A DNA stretch of 64,000 bases, taken from Alphaproteobacteria bacterium. GTDB lineage: Bacteria > Pseudomonadota > Alphaproteobacteria > GCA-2731375. Both the position numbers and the translations under genes were made by a program. Each line of letters starts with the position of its first letter. Position 1 is the first letter of the stretch. The stretch spans positions 5,472,001 to 5,536,000 of the forward strand of contig CBDDPY010000002.1 of NCBI GenBank assembly GCA_965232515.1. The letters are read 5' to 3'. This document shows positions 31,169 through 41,385 of this stretch, piece by piece. The notes beneath the pieces were generated by a model, which searched no databases, was not told the origin of the DNA, and saw only the letters and a list, made by a program, of their open reading frames with translations.

Positions 31169-32818
31169 ATGAGTCGGAGTGCGGCGGATGCGTTGGTCGA
31201 AACGCTTGTGCAACAGGGCGTCGACCGGGTGTTTTGTGTACCGGGGGAGAGCTATATCGCCGTGCTCGATTCCCTGGTCGACGAGACGGCGATCCAGGTC
31301 GTCACCTGCCGGCACGAATCCGGCGCCGGCTTCATGGCGCTGGCCGACGCCAAGATTACCGGCCGGGCCGGTACCTGCTTCGTCAGCCGCGGTCCCGGCG
31401 CCACCAACGCGTCCATCGCCGTGCACACCGCCGATCAGGACGCCGTGCCCGTGGTGTTCTTCATCGGCCAGATCGAGCGCAAGGATTTCGGCCGCGGCGC
31501 CTTTCAGGAGGTGGACTACGCCAAGACCTTCTCCGACATGGCCAAGGCCGTGGAGGAGGTGCACGATCCCGAACGGCTGCCGGAAGTGGCGGCCCGCGCC
31601 TACCACATCGCCGAGAGCGCGACGCCCGGCCCGGTCGTCGTCTCGCTGCCGGAAGACATGCTGGAACAGCATTGTGCCGCGCCGGCACAGGCCAGCCGGC
31701 CGCGCCCCAGGCCGCTGCCGGCCGAGGCCGATGTCAGCGCGGTCGCCGACCTGCTGGTCGCGGCCAAGCGGCCGGTGCTGATCCCCGGCGGCATGCTGGG
31801 CCAGCCGGCGGCGCGGAAATCGCTGCTGGCCTGCTCGGAGGCCTGGTCGCTTGCCGTCGCACCCAGCTTCAAGCGCCAGGATCTGTTCCCGAACGAGCAT
31901 CCGAACTATGCCGGTCATCTCGGCTACGGCATTCCGCCGGCCTTGGGCGAGGCGATGGCCGAAGCCGATCTGGTGCTGGCCGTCGGCACGCGCCTGGGCG
32001 ATATCACCACCCAGGGCTACACCCTGCCGAAGCCCGAACAGACGCTGGTGCACGTTTATCCCGACGCGGCCGCCATCGGCGCCGTATTCCCGGCGACGCA
32101 TGCCATGGTCGCCGATGCCGGGGCGTTCGTGGCGGCGCTCGCCGAACGCAACGCGCCGCCGGCGCCCACGGGCCGCACCGAATGGAATGCGCGTTTGCAC
32201 GAGATCCATACCGGGCTCGCGGCCTGGTCGCCGATGGACGCCACGGACGGCGTCGATTTCGGCCATGTCGTGCGGCCGTTGATCGACCGGCTCGGCGACG
32301 ACGCCATCCTGATCACCGATGCCGGCAATTTCAGCAGCTGGCTGCACCGCTATTACCCGTTCAAGGAAACCAATCTGCTGCTCGGCGCTGTCACCGGCGC
32401 CATGGGGCTCGGCGTGCCGGCCGCTGTCGCCGCCGCGCTGCGCGAACCCGGCCGGCAGGTCGTCGCGCTGATCGGCGACGGCGGCTTTCTGATGACCGGC
32501 AACGAGCTGGCGACCGCCGTCAAGGAGGGCGCGCGGATCTGCCTGATCGTCTCCAACAACGGCGCCTACGGCACCATCCGGCTGCACCAGGAAAAGAAGT
32601 TCCCCGGCCGCACCATCGCCACCGACCTGTCGAATCCGGACTTCGCTACGCTGGCCCAGGCCTTCGGCGCCACCGGCCTGACCATCGAGGCGCCGGACCA
32701 GGCGGCCGGCGTGATCGACCAGGCGCTGGCGGCCGACGGCCCCGTCGTGGTTGACGTGCGCAGCAGCCTCGATCACATATCTGCCTACGCCACCATCGCC
32801 GGCCTCCGCGGCCACTGA
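31169..32818 (+). CDS. ThDP-dependent enzyme, acetolactate synthase large subunit-like
   Basis: FCVPGESY, CRHESGA, SRGPGATN and GDGGFLM...NNGAYGTIR motifs. Confidence 0.9.
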   Translation: MSRSAADALVETLVQQGVDRVFCVPGESYIAVLDSLVDETAIQVVTCRHESGAGFMALADAKITGRAGTCFVSRGPGATNASIAVHTADQDAVPVVFFIGQIERKDFGRGAFQEVDYAKTFSDMAKAVEEVHDPERLPEVAARAYHIAESATPGPVVVSLPEDMLEQHCAAPAQASRPRPRPLPAEADVSAVADLLVAAKRPVLIPGGMLGQPAARKSLLACSEAWSLAVAPSFKRQDLFPNEHPNYAGHLGYGIPPALGEAMAEADLVLAVGTRLGDITTQGYTLPKPEQTLVHVYPDAAAIGAVFPATHAMVADAGAFVAALAERNAPPAPTGRTEWNARLHEIHTGLAAWSPMDATDGVDFGHVVRPLIDRLGDDAILITDAGNFSSWLHRYYPFKETNLLLGAVTGAMGLGVPAAVAAALREPGRQVVALIGDGGFLMTGNELATAVKEGARICLIVSNNGAYGTIRLHQEKKFPGRTIATDLSNPDFATLAQAFGATGLTIEAPDQAAGVIDQALAADGPVVVDVRSSLDHISAYATIAGLRGH

Positions 32819-32847
32819 ACCAAAACCAAACCGGACCTGTAACGACC

Positions 32848-34947
32848 GTGAACCGCACGCCCCATTCGCTCGACCCCCTGATCGATCCCAAGACCATGGC
32901 CATCCTCGGCGCGTCCAACGACGTGCACAAATTCGGTGGCCGGCCGATCCGCTACATGCTGGAAGGGGGCTATACGGGCAAGATCTTCCCGGTCAATCCG
33001 AAGGGCGGCGAGATCCAGGGCCTGACCGCCTATGCCGACGTGCGCGACATTCCCGAACCGGTTGATGTGGCCGTTGTCTCGCTGCCGGCGCCCTACGTGG
33101 TCGATTCCGCCAAGGCCTGCGTCGAGGCCGGCGTGCGCTCGATGGCGATCTTCAGCTCCAGCTTCGCCGAGGTGGACGAGCAGGGCCGGCAATGGCAGGA
33201 ACAGCTCACCGAGATCGCCCAGAGTTCGGGCATGCGCATCATGGGCCCGAACTGCATGGGCATGCTGAACGTGCACAGCCGCGCCATCGGCACCTTTTCG
33301 TCCGCCTTCGAGCATGGCTGGCCGCGGCCGGGCGGCATCACCGTCTTCAGCCAGAGCGGCGCCGTCGGCTCGCACATCCTGGTGCTGGCGCGCGAGCGCG
33401 GCATTGGCCTGCGCGCCTTCGCCACCACCGGCAACGAATGCGACGTCGACGTGGCCGACTGCATCTCCTACGGCGCCGAAGACCCCGAGACCAAGGTCAT
33501 CGTCGTCTACATGGAAGGCTGCAAGCACCCGGACCGGCTGATCGCGGCGCTCGAGTCGGCCCGCCGCAACCGCAAGCCCGTCATCGTCATGAAGGTGGGC
33601 GCATCTGACGTGGGCGCCATCGCCGCCAGCACGCACACGGCCTCGCTCGCCGGCGCCGATGCCGTGTTCGACGCCATCTTCCGACAATATGGCGCCTACC
33701 GCGTGCATTCGCTGGACGAGATGATGCTGATGGCCGGCGCCTGCGCCGCGGGCAAGTTTCCGGCCGGCCGCCGGCTCGGCATCGTCACCATCTCCGGCGG
33801 CGTCGGCGTGCTGTCGAGCGACACGGCCGCCGCCTGCGGCCTCGAGGTGCCGGCCCTGCCGGAAAAGGCCCAGGCCGAGCTGAAGGAACTGATGCCCTTC
33901 GCCGCCGTGCGCAACCCGGTCGACACCACGGCGCAGATGCTGAACGACGTCAATCTGCTGAAGCGCAACATGGAGGTCATCCTCGACCACGGCGATTGCG
34001 ACGCGGTGATGGTGTTCCTGACCAGCGTCGGCTTCGCCGAGCGCATGATGTCGCAGATGCGCGAGCTGCTGCCGGCCATGCGGTCTGCCTATCCCGATCG
34101 GCTGATCGTGCTCTCCATGCTGGCGAAGCCCGACGATATCACCATGCTCGAAAGCCACGACTACCTGATCGTCGAGGACCCCTCGCGCGCCATCGAAGCG
34201 ATCGCCGCCATGGCCGGCTTCGGCGAAAATTTTGCGCGGCCCGCGCCGCAGGCGCCGCTGCCGGTGCCCGCGACGGCCCGTCCGGCCCCGGCCGAGACCT
34301 TGAGCGAGGTCGAGGCTGCGAAGCTGCTGTCGGACGCCGGCCTGCCGGTGGTCGAGACCCGGCTCGCAACCTCGGCGGCCGAGGCGGCGGCGGCAGCCGA
34401 CGCGCTCGGCTATCCCGTGGTCATGAAGGTCGTCTCGGCCGCGATCCAACACAAATCCGACGTCGGCGGCGTGCGCCTGAATTTGGGATCGGCCGCCGAC
34501 GTCGAGGCCGCCTACGCCGCGATCATGGAGTCCGTCAGCCTCAAGCAGCCCGACGCCGCCATCGACGGCGTGCTGGTCGCGCCCATGGTCGGTGGCGGCG
34601 TCGAGACCATTTTGGGCACCTACACTGATCCGGTCTTCGGTCCCGTGGTGCTGTTCGGCCTGGGCGGGGTGTTTGTGGAGGTACTGAAGGACGTCACCTA
34701 CCGCGTCGCCCCGTTCGGCCTCGACGAGGCCCACCGCATGATCCGCGAGGTCAAGGGCTTCGCCATGCTGGAAGGCGTCCGCGGCCAGGCCCCCGCTGAT
34801 CTGGACGCCCTCGCCGAGGCGCTCACCCGCCTCTCCGTCTTCGCCCACGACAACCGCGACACCGTCGACAGCATCGACGTCAACCCGTTCCTGGTGCTGG
34901 AGAAGGGCGCGGTGGCGGTCGACGCGCTGATCGTCCCGAAGAAATAG
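32848..34947 (+). CDS. Acetate/acyl-CoA ligase (ADP-forming), fused alpha-beta
   Basis: GPNCMG, SQSG, SHTASLAG-type phospho-His motif, NPVD, HKSDVGGV ATP-grasp and DVNP motifs. Confidence 0.9.
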   Translation: MNRTPHSLDPLIDPKTMAILGASNDVHKFGGRPIRYMLEGGYTGKIFPVNPKGGEIQGLTAYADVRDIPEPVDVAVVSLPAPYVVDSAKACVEAGVRSMAIFSSSFAEVDEQGRQWQEQLTEIAQSSGMRIMGPNCMGMLNVHSRAIGTFSSAFEHGWPRPGGITVFSQSGAVGSHILVLARERGIGLRAFATTGNECDVDVADCISYGAEDPETKVIVVYMEGCKHPDRLIAALESARRNRKPVIVMKVGASDVGAIAASTHTASLAGADAVFDAIFRQYGAYRVHSLDEMMLMAGACAAGKFPAGRRLGIVTISGGVGVLSSDTAAACGLEVPALPEKAQAELKELMPFAAVRNPVDTTAQMLNDVNLLKRNMEVILDHGDCDAVMVFLTSVGFAERMMSQMRELLPAMRSAYPDRLIVLSMLAKPDDITMLESHDYLIVEDPSRAIEAIAAMAGFGENFARPAPQAPLPVPATARPAPAETLSEVEAAKLLSDAGLPVVETRLATSAAEAAAAADALGYPVVMKVVSAAIQHKSDVGGVRLNLGSAADVEAAYAAIMESVSLKQPDAAIDGVLVAPMVGGGVETILGTYTDPVFGPVVLFGLGGVFVEVLKDVTYRVAPFGLDEAHRMIREVKGFAMLEGVRGQAPADLDALAEALTRLSVFAHDNRDTVDSIDVNPFLVLEKGAVAVDALIVPKK

Positions 34948-34994
34948 CCCTCACCCTCCCGCACGACGATAGTCGTGTGGGAGGGTGAGGGCTA
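34945..34994. repeat. Collapsed BoxC-type doublet hairpin, likely a bidirectional terminator
   Basis: TAGCCCTCACCCTCCCGCACGAC-GATA-GTCGTGTGGGAGGGTGAGGGCTA; 23-bp stem with one G-T pair, between convergent genes. Confidence 0.75.
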
Positions 34995-35007
34995 CGGCGC
35001 AGTCGAC

Positions 35008-35559
35008 CTACCGCACCTCCGTCACCGCCTCCGCCCCACGCTCAATCAGGCGCAGGCTCGCGCCATCGCTCTCCAGCACCGTCACCGAACAATTGTCCGG
35101 CCGGAAACCGACCACGCGGTCGTCGCCCGTCGCCGCGCCGACGGCGACGTTGATGGCGATGAAGTGGCTGACCACGACCGTATCCTCGGCAATCGCGGCC
35201 AGCCGGTCCACCACGCCCTGCCGCCACGGCGACAGGCCGTCATCGGCTTCAGCCCAGGTCCCGGCCATGATGCCGCGCAGCCAGTCGCCGCGCGCGGCCA
35301 GATTGTCGCTCGGGCTCGGCACCTCGGCGACATCAGGCTCGATCACGGCCTGCGCCCGCCAGCGCGTTTCCAGCGGCACGGCCGTCTCGCGCGTGCGCCG
35401 CAAGGGACTGCAGATAATCGGCAGCGGTCCCAGCTCGGCCAACCGCGCCGCCATCGCCTCGGCCTGCGCCCGGCCGGTGTCGTCCAGGCCGGGGTCGGGA
35501 TCGGCGTCCCAGCCGGCCGCGGCCTTGCCGTGCCGCACCAGAAAAAGCCGCGCCGGCAT
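35008..35559 (-). CDS. Histidine phosphatase (phosphoglycerate mutase-like) family protein
   Basis: LVRHG, SPLRRTRETA and VVSH motifs; TGATG coupling to the upstream gene. Confidence 0.88.
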   Translation of the reverse strand: MPARLFLVRHGKAAAGWDADPDPGLDDTGRAQAEAMAARLAELGPLPIICSPLRRTRETAVPLETRWRAQAVIEPDVAEVPSPSDNLAARGDWLRGIMAGTWAEADDGLSPWRQGVVDRLAAIAEDTVVVSHFIAINVAVGAATGDDRVVGFRPDNCSVTVLESDGASLRLIERGAEAVTEVR

Positions 35560-36215
35560 CAGTACATGGTCTTCTTGATGCTGTCCTGAACGCGCGTCTC
35601 GGCCTCCTCGGCGGTCATGCCGGTCTCGACCTGGTCGGTGATCATCTTGCCCAGCGTCGGCAGGGTTTTGCGGTCGATCTTGTAGTCCTCCTGCCACAGC
35701 TTGGCCCGCCGCAGCGCTTTCGAGCAGTGCAGGAAGGCCTCCTCGACGTCGATCCGGATCGCTGTCTTCGGCGTCTTGCCGTTCACCACCATGCCGGCCA
35801 GCAGATCCGCGTCCTCCGTGATCGAGGCCCGGCCGTTGACCCGTACGGTCTCGTCGACGCCGGGAATGAAGAAGATCAGGCCGACATGCGGGTTGGCGAT
35901 GATGTTCGACATCGTGTCCAGCCGGTTGTTGCCCGGCCGGTCCGGGATCAGCAGCGTGCGGTCATTGAGAATGGTCACGAAGCCTGGCGCGTCGCCGCGC
36001 GGCGAGTTGTCCGCCCCGCCGTCGGGCCGCGACGTGGCGATGCAGCAGAACGGCGACAGGCCGATGAAGCGGCGGATATGAGGATCGATCCGCGGCAACG
36101 ACTTCTTCGCCGCCAGCGGCGAGACTTGACCGTATTTGCCGCGCAGATCGTCTTCCGTGTCGACCTTATCCTGGCTTACCCGTGCGTCCATGACCCGTTC
36201 CCTGTGCGTCTGCAT
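35559..36215 (-). CDS. Pyridoxamine 5'-phosphate oxidase-like FMN-binding protein; start 36215 or 36191
   Basis: SPRGDAPGFV, PDRPGNNRLD, ETVRVNG and HCSKA motifs. Confidence 0.85.
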   Translation of the reverse strand: MQTHRERVMDARVSQDKVDTEDDLRGKYGQVSPLAAKKSLPRIDPHIRRFIGLSPFCCIATSRPDGGADNSPRGDAPGFVTILNDRTLLIPDRPGNNRLDTMSNIIANPHVGLIFFIPGVDETVRVNGRASITEDADLLAGMVVNGKTPKTAIRIDVEEAFLHCSKALRRAKLWQEDYKIDRKTLPTLGKMITDQVETGMTAEEAETRVQDSIKKTMY

Positions 36216-36329
36216 CCGGCCCGCATTCTAGAGCTTTTGCGCCAAGGCAGACATCCCGGATTCGTGCTATGCATCGGGTCAAGCTGGTCAACAGCACACC
36301 TATTCCGCACATCTAGGGAGAAGCGCGAC

Positions 36330-38417
<2,088 letters not shown>

Positions 38418-38426
38418 GCCAGTTAG

Positions 38427-38548
38427 CCCTCACCCTCCCACGGACTAGCGTCCGCGGGCCCCTCCCTCTCCCGCGCGCGGGAGAGGGGCAACAAGCCGCA
38501 GCGGCAACAGCCCCCTCTCCCGTTTACGGGAGAGGGATGGGGTGAGGG
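38427..38548. repeat. Nuclease-free BoxC/triplex-type doublet (long + short unit)
   Basis: Long unit inverted at 38427-38487, short unit at 38513-38548 (CCCTCTCCCGT-TT-ACGGGAGAGGG-ATGGGGTGAGGG); between convergent genes. Confidence 0.85.
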
Positions 38549-38591
38549 CCAACTGCCGCTGACGACAGTCTTACCCATTCCAGAAGCGTGT

Positions 38592-39758
38592 TCACTCCGA
38601 CCCCCGCACCGCCGGCAGCACGTATCGGTGCAGCATGTGGAAGATCTGTTTCTGCTTCGCCAGATTGCGGAAGCCGAAATTGTTGCCGGTCGTGACGACG
38701 ACGAGGTCATAGGCGGGCACGGCGACGACGAACTGACCGCCGTTGCCCCAGCTATGCACCAGCCGGACGTCGCGCCCGTCGACCGGCAAGTCGGTCTGGA
38801 ACCACTGATACTGATACCGGGAGGGCCGCCGGAACGCTGCGCCGTCGGCGAGCGAGCGGGTCCATGACCAGTCCGTCTCGACGCCGTCCGTCAGGATCGC
38901 GGCGATCCAGGCGGCTGGCACCACCTGCCGGCCTTGCCATTGTCCGCCGGACACCAGCAACTGCCCGATCTTGGCGAGATCGCGCGGCCGCATCCGGGCG
39001 CCGCCGTGCATCGCCAGATGCGTCGACCCATACCCACCCGGCAGATAAGCCGTAATGCCCAGCGGCCACAGCAGCCGCTTGTCCAGATAGGCTTGCATGC
39101 TGAAGTGCAGGTTCCTGATCAGCGCCGATTTCAGCGCGATGCCCAGGAGATAGGTGTTGGACGAGCAATAGCGCCAACGCGTGCCGGGCGCGGCCGCCAT
39201 CGGCAGTCCGAAATGCCCGACCAGGACGTCCGCAGTCTTGTTGATCTTGTCCTCGCGGAACGGGCGTCGGCCCGGCATCTCCGAACAGTCGAAACCGGAC
39301 GACATCTGCAGCAGGTCGCGGACCGTGATCGTCTGCTTGTCGGCGGCGTCGTCCGGCGTATGAAACCGGGCGATCAACGGCAGGACCGGCTGCTCCAGGC
39401 GCAGAAAGCCGTCGTCGATGGCAATGCCGGCGAGCAGGCCCATGATGCTTTTGAACGCCGACCGCGTCTCGTGCGGGCTCTCGGGCGTGAAGTCGCCGTA
39501 ATAGCGGTCGACCAGCAGCCTGCCGTGCCGGGCCAGCGTAAAGCTGTCGATGCCGGCATAACCGCTGTCGTCGATCCGCTTGATCATGGCCGCGATCGGC
39601 TTGGGGTCGATGTTCTCTGCCGCCAACGTCGAGATCGGCCAATCGTCGCCGATGTCGGTGGGGGTCTGTTCGGCCCACGCCATCCCGCTCCCGCCGCCGG
39701 CGCAGGCCGCAAGGCCGATCAGCGCGAAACCGAGGGCGAACGGCGCTAGCGATCCCAA
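38592..39758 (-). CDS. Serine hydrolase, beta-lactamase class C/NylB-like; probable lipoprotein
   Basis: SxxK (SAFK), LLQMSSG, WRYCSSN, PRDLAKIGQL and WGNGGQ motifs; LAAC lipobox; TTG start overlaps the upstream stop. Confidence 0.82.
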   Translation of the reverse strand: MGSLAPFALGFALIGLAACAGGGSGMAWAEQTPTDIGDDWPISTLAAENIDPKPIAAMIKRIDDSGYAGIDSFTLARHGRLLVDRYYGDFTPESPHETRSAFKSIMGLLAGIAIDDGFLRLEQPVLPLIARFHTPDDAADKQTITVRDLLQMSSGFDCSEMPGRRPFREDKINKTADVLVGHFGLPMAAAPGTRWRYCSSNTYLLGIALKSALIRNLHFSMQAYLDKRLLWPLGITAYLPGGYGSTHLAMHGGARMRPRDLAKIGQLLVSGGQWQGRQVVPAAWIAAILTDGVETDWSWTRSLADGAAFRRPSRYQYQWFQTDLPVDGRDVRLVHSWGNGGQFVVAVPAYDLVVVTTGNNFGFRNLAKQKQIFHMLHRYVLPAVRGSE

Positions 39759-40447
39759 AAGAACACCTGCTCCATGCTGGTCAGGTGGTTGTCGAGCTTG
39801 CTGTAGTTGGTCGGCGTCAGATTCAGCGCCTTGACCATGCGCCGCACGATCCGGCCGTCGATCACATCGGCGTCGATGATGTTGAGGCAGCCCGGGTCCT
39901 GCTCGAAGGCGCCGAGACCGGCGAGCCCCGCGCCCGTCACCCAGGACAGCAGCGTGCGGTTGGTGCCGTCATGCGCCACCAGCAGCATCGTCGTCCAATC
40001 CGGCTGCAGCAGGATGGTCCGGAACACCGCCGTCACCCGGGCCTGGAAATCCGCGTAGGCTTCACCACTGGCAAAACGCGCGCCCGGTTCGGCGGCGCGC
40101 TCCATGCCGTAGACGAACTCGGCCTCGACCCGCTCACGCGACGGATCGACAAGCTTGCCGAGCCGGATCTCACGCAGTCCGCCGATCTCGGCCAGCGGCA
40201 GGTCGCGGCCGTTCAGCACCGTCTCGGCCGTTTGCCGCGTGCGCGGCAGGCCGGTATGCGCGGCCCGGTCGAACGGCACGTTTACCAGCAATTGGCCCAT
40301 GGCCCGCGCCTGCGCCTCGCCGTCGTCGGTCAGGCGCACCTCGTGCGGGTTCACCGGTCTGCCGTCGGCAGTGAAATAACGCACCTCGCCATGCCGCATC
40401 AGATAGATGCGGCGACGGCCGTTGGTGCCAGGCAGTCCGTGGGTCAT
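39746..40447 (-). CDS. Histidine phosphatase family protein
   Basis: IYLMRHGEV, LPRTRQTA and LVAHDGTN motifs. Confidence 0.88.
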   Translation of the reverse strand: MTHGLPGTNGRRRIYLMRHGEVRYFTADGRPVNPHEVRLTDDGEAQARAMGQLLVNVPFDRAAHTGLPRTRQTAETVLNGRDLPLAEIGGLREIRLGKLVDPSRERVEAEFVYGMERAAEPGARFASGEAYADFQARVTAVFRTILLQPDWTTMLLVAHDGTNRTLLSWVTGAGLAGLGAFEQDPGCLNIIDADVIDGRIVRRMVKALNLTPTNYSKLDNHLTSMEQVFFWDR

Positions 40448-40483
40448 GCGAGATCGGTGCGCAACGTGGTCGTTCGCACTAGG

Positions 40484-40753
40484 TTAACCCACATTTCTCA
40501 CCCCCATCACGGTCTGCGTCGCACGCAGGCGCCCGCTCCGCCAGGAGCGGGCCGAAAAGCGTAGTGGGACTACGGTTGAGGGCCGCGACGCCGCGGGCGG
40601 GCGCCTGCGCGCGACCCTTCGGGCGGCGCCGTGCTGCCGACAGGGGGCGTCGCGTTGCTTGCCCGATGCCCCACATCGCGCCGCGCCGCGCTCCTGCCCT
40701 GTCGACAGCACGACGCCGCGCAGACCATGATGGGGGTGAGAAATGCGGGTTAA
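40484..40753. mobile_element. 270-bp MITE-like structured element with 35-bp terminal inverted repeats
   Basis: TIRs at 40484-40518 and 40719-40753 (33/35 match, TTAA at both termini); two internal stems; no credible ORF. Confidence 0.75.
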
Positions 40754-40799
40754 GCCGCAGCGGCGCACGCCGTCGAGCAGATCCGTGGGGAGGCAGAAC

Positions 40800-41240
40800 G
40801 TGACGAAGATCCTGGTCATCAACGGACCGAACCTGACATATCTCGGCAAGCGCCAGCCCGAGCTCTACGGCACCACCACGGCGTCCGAGCTCGACGACAT
40901 GCTGCGGGCGCACGCGGCCGAGAACGGCTACGAACTCGACATCTTCTACACCCATGTCGAGGGCCACGCCATCGAGCGGGTCTATCAGGCCGTCGAACAG
41001 GGCTTCGATGCTCTGGTGATGAACCCCGCCGGCATGACCTACGCCGGCTACGCCATGCGCGACTGCCTGCTCGCCGTCGAGCCCGACCTGCCCTATGTCG
41101 AGGTCCACATCACCCACATCGAACGCCTCGGCAAGCGCTCGGTCACGGCCGAACCGTCCATCGGCATGATCTTCGGCTTCGGCGTCAAAGGCTACCTCCT
41201 CGGCCTCGACGCGGCACTGATGCACCTGGGCAAGAAGTAG
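40800..41240 (+). CDS. aroQ: Type II 3-dehydroquinate dehydratase (divergent)
   Basis: INGPNLTYLGKRQPELYG, NPAG, EVHI and GFGVKGY motifs; GGGGAGG RBS before GTG 40800. Confidence 0.8.
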   Translation: MTKILVINGPNLTYLGKRQPELYGTTTASELDDMLRAHAAENGYELDIFYTHVEGHAIERVYQAVEQGFDALVMNPAGMTYAGYAMRDCLLAVEPDLPYVEVHITHIERLGKRSVTAEPSIGMIFGFGVKGYLLGLDAALMHLGKK

Positions 41241-41280
41241 CGGTTCGGCGCGGCGCAAAGGTACGTCCGGTCAATGCCGC

Positions 41281-41367
41281 TGGATGCCCGGATCAAGTCC
41301 GGGCATGACGATTAAGGTATTGATCCAGAACTCTGTTCGTCATTGCCGGGCTTGACCCGGCAATCCA
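41281..41367. repeat. CGTC-tagged REP doublet
   Basis: TGGATGCCCGGATCAAGTCCGGGCATGACG, a 27-bp spacer, then CGTCATTGCCGGGCTTGACCCGGCAATCCA. Confidence 0.85.
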
Positions 41368-41385
41368 GGCTGCCGAGCGACATGG

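Noticed and set aside
35727-36329. 200-aa N-terminal extension of the FadB-like ORF (likewise extensions of ORFs ending at 28126, 42588 and 63914)
   Set aside because: The extensions overlap divergent genes or promoter regions; internal starts match family N-termini.
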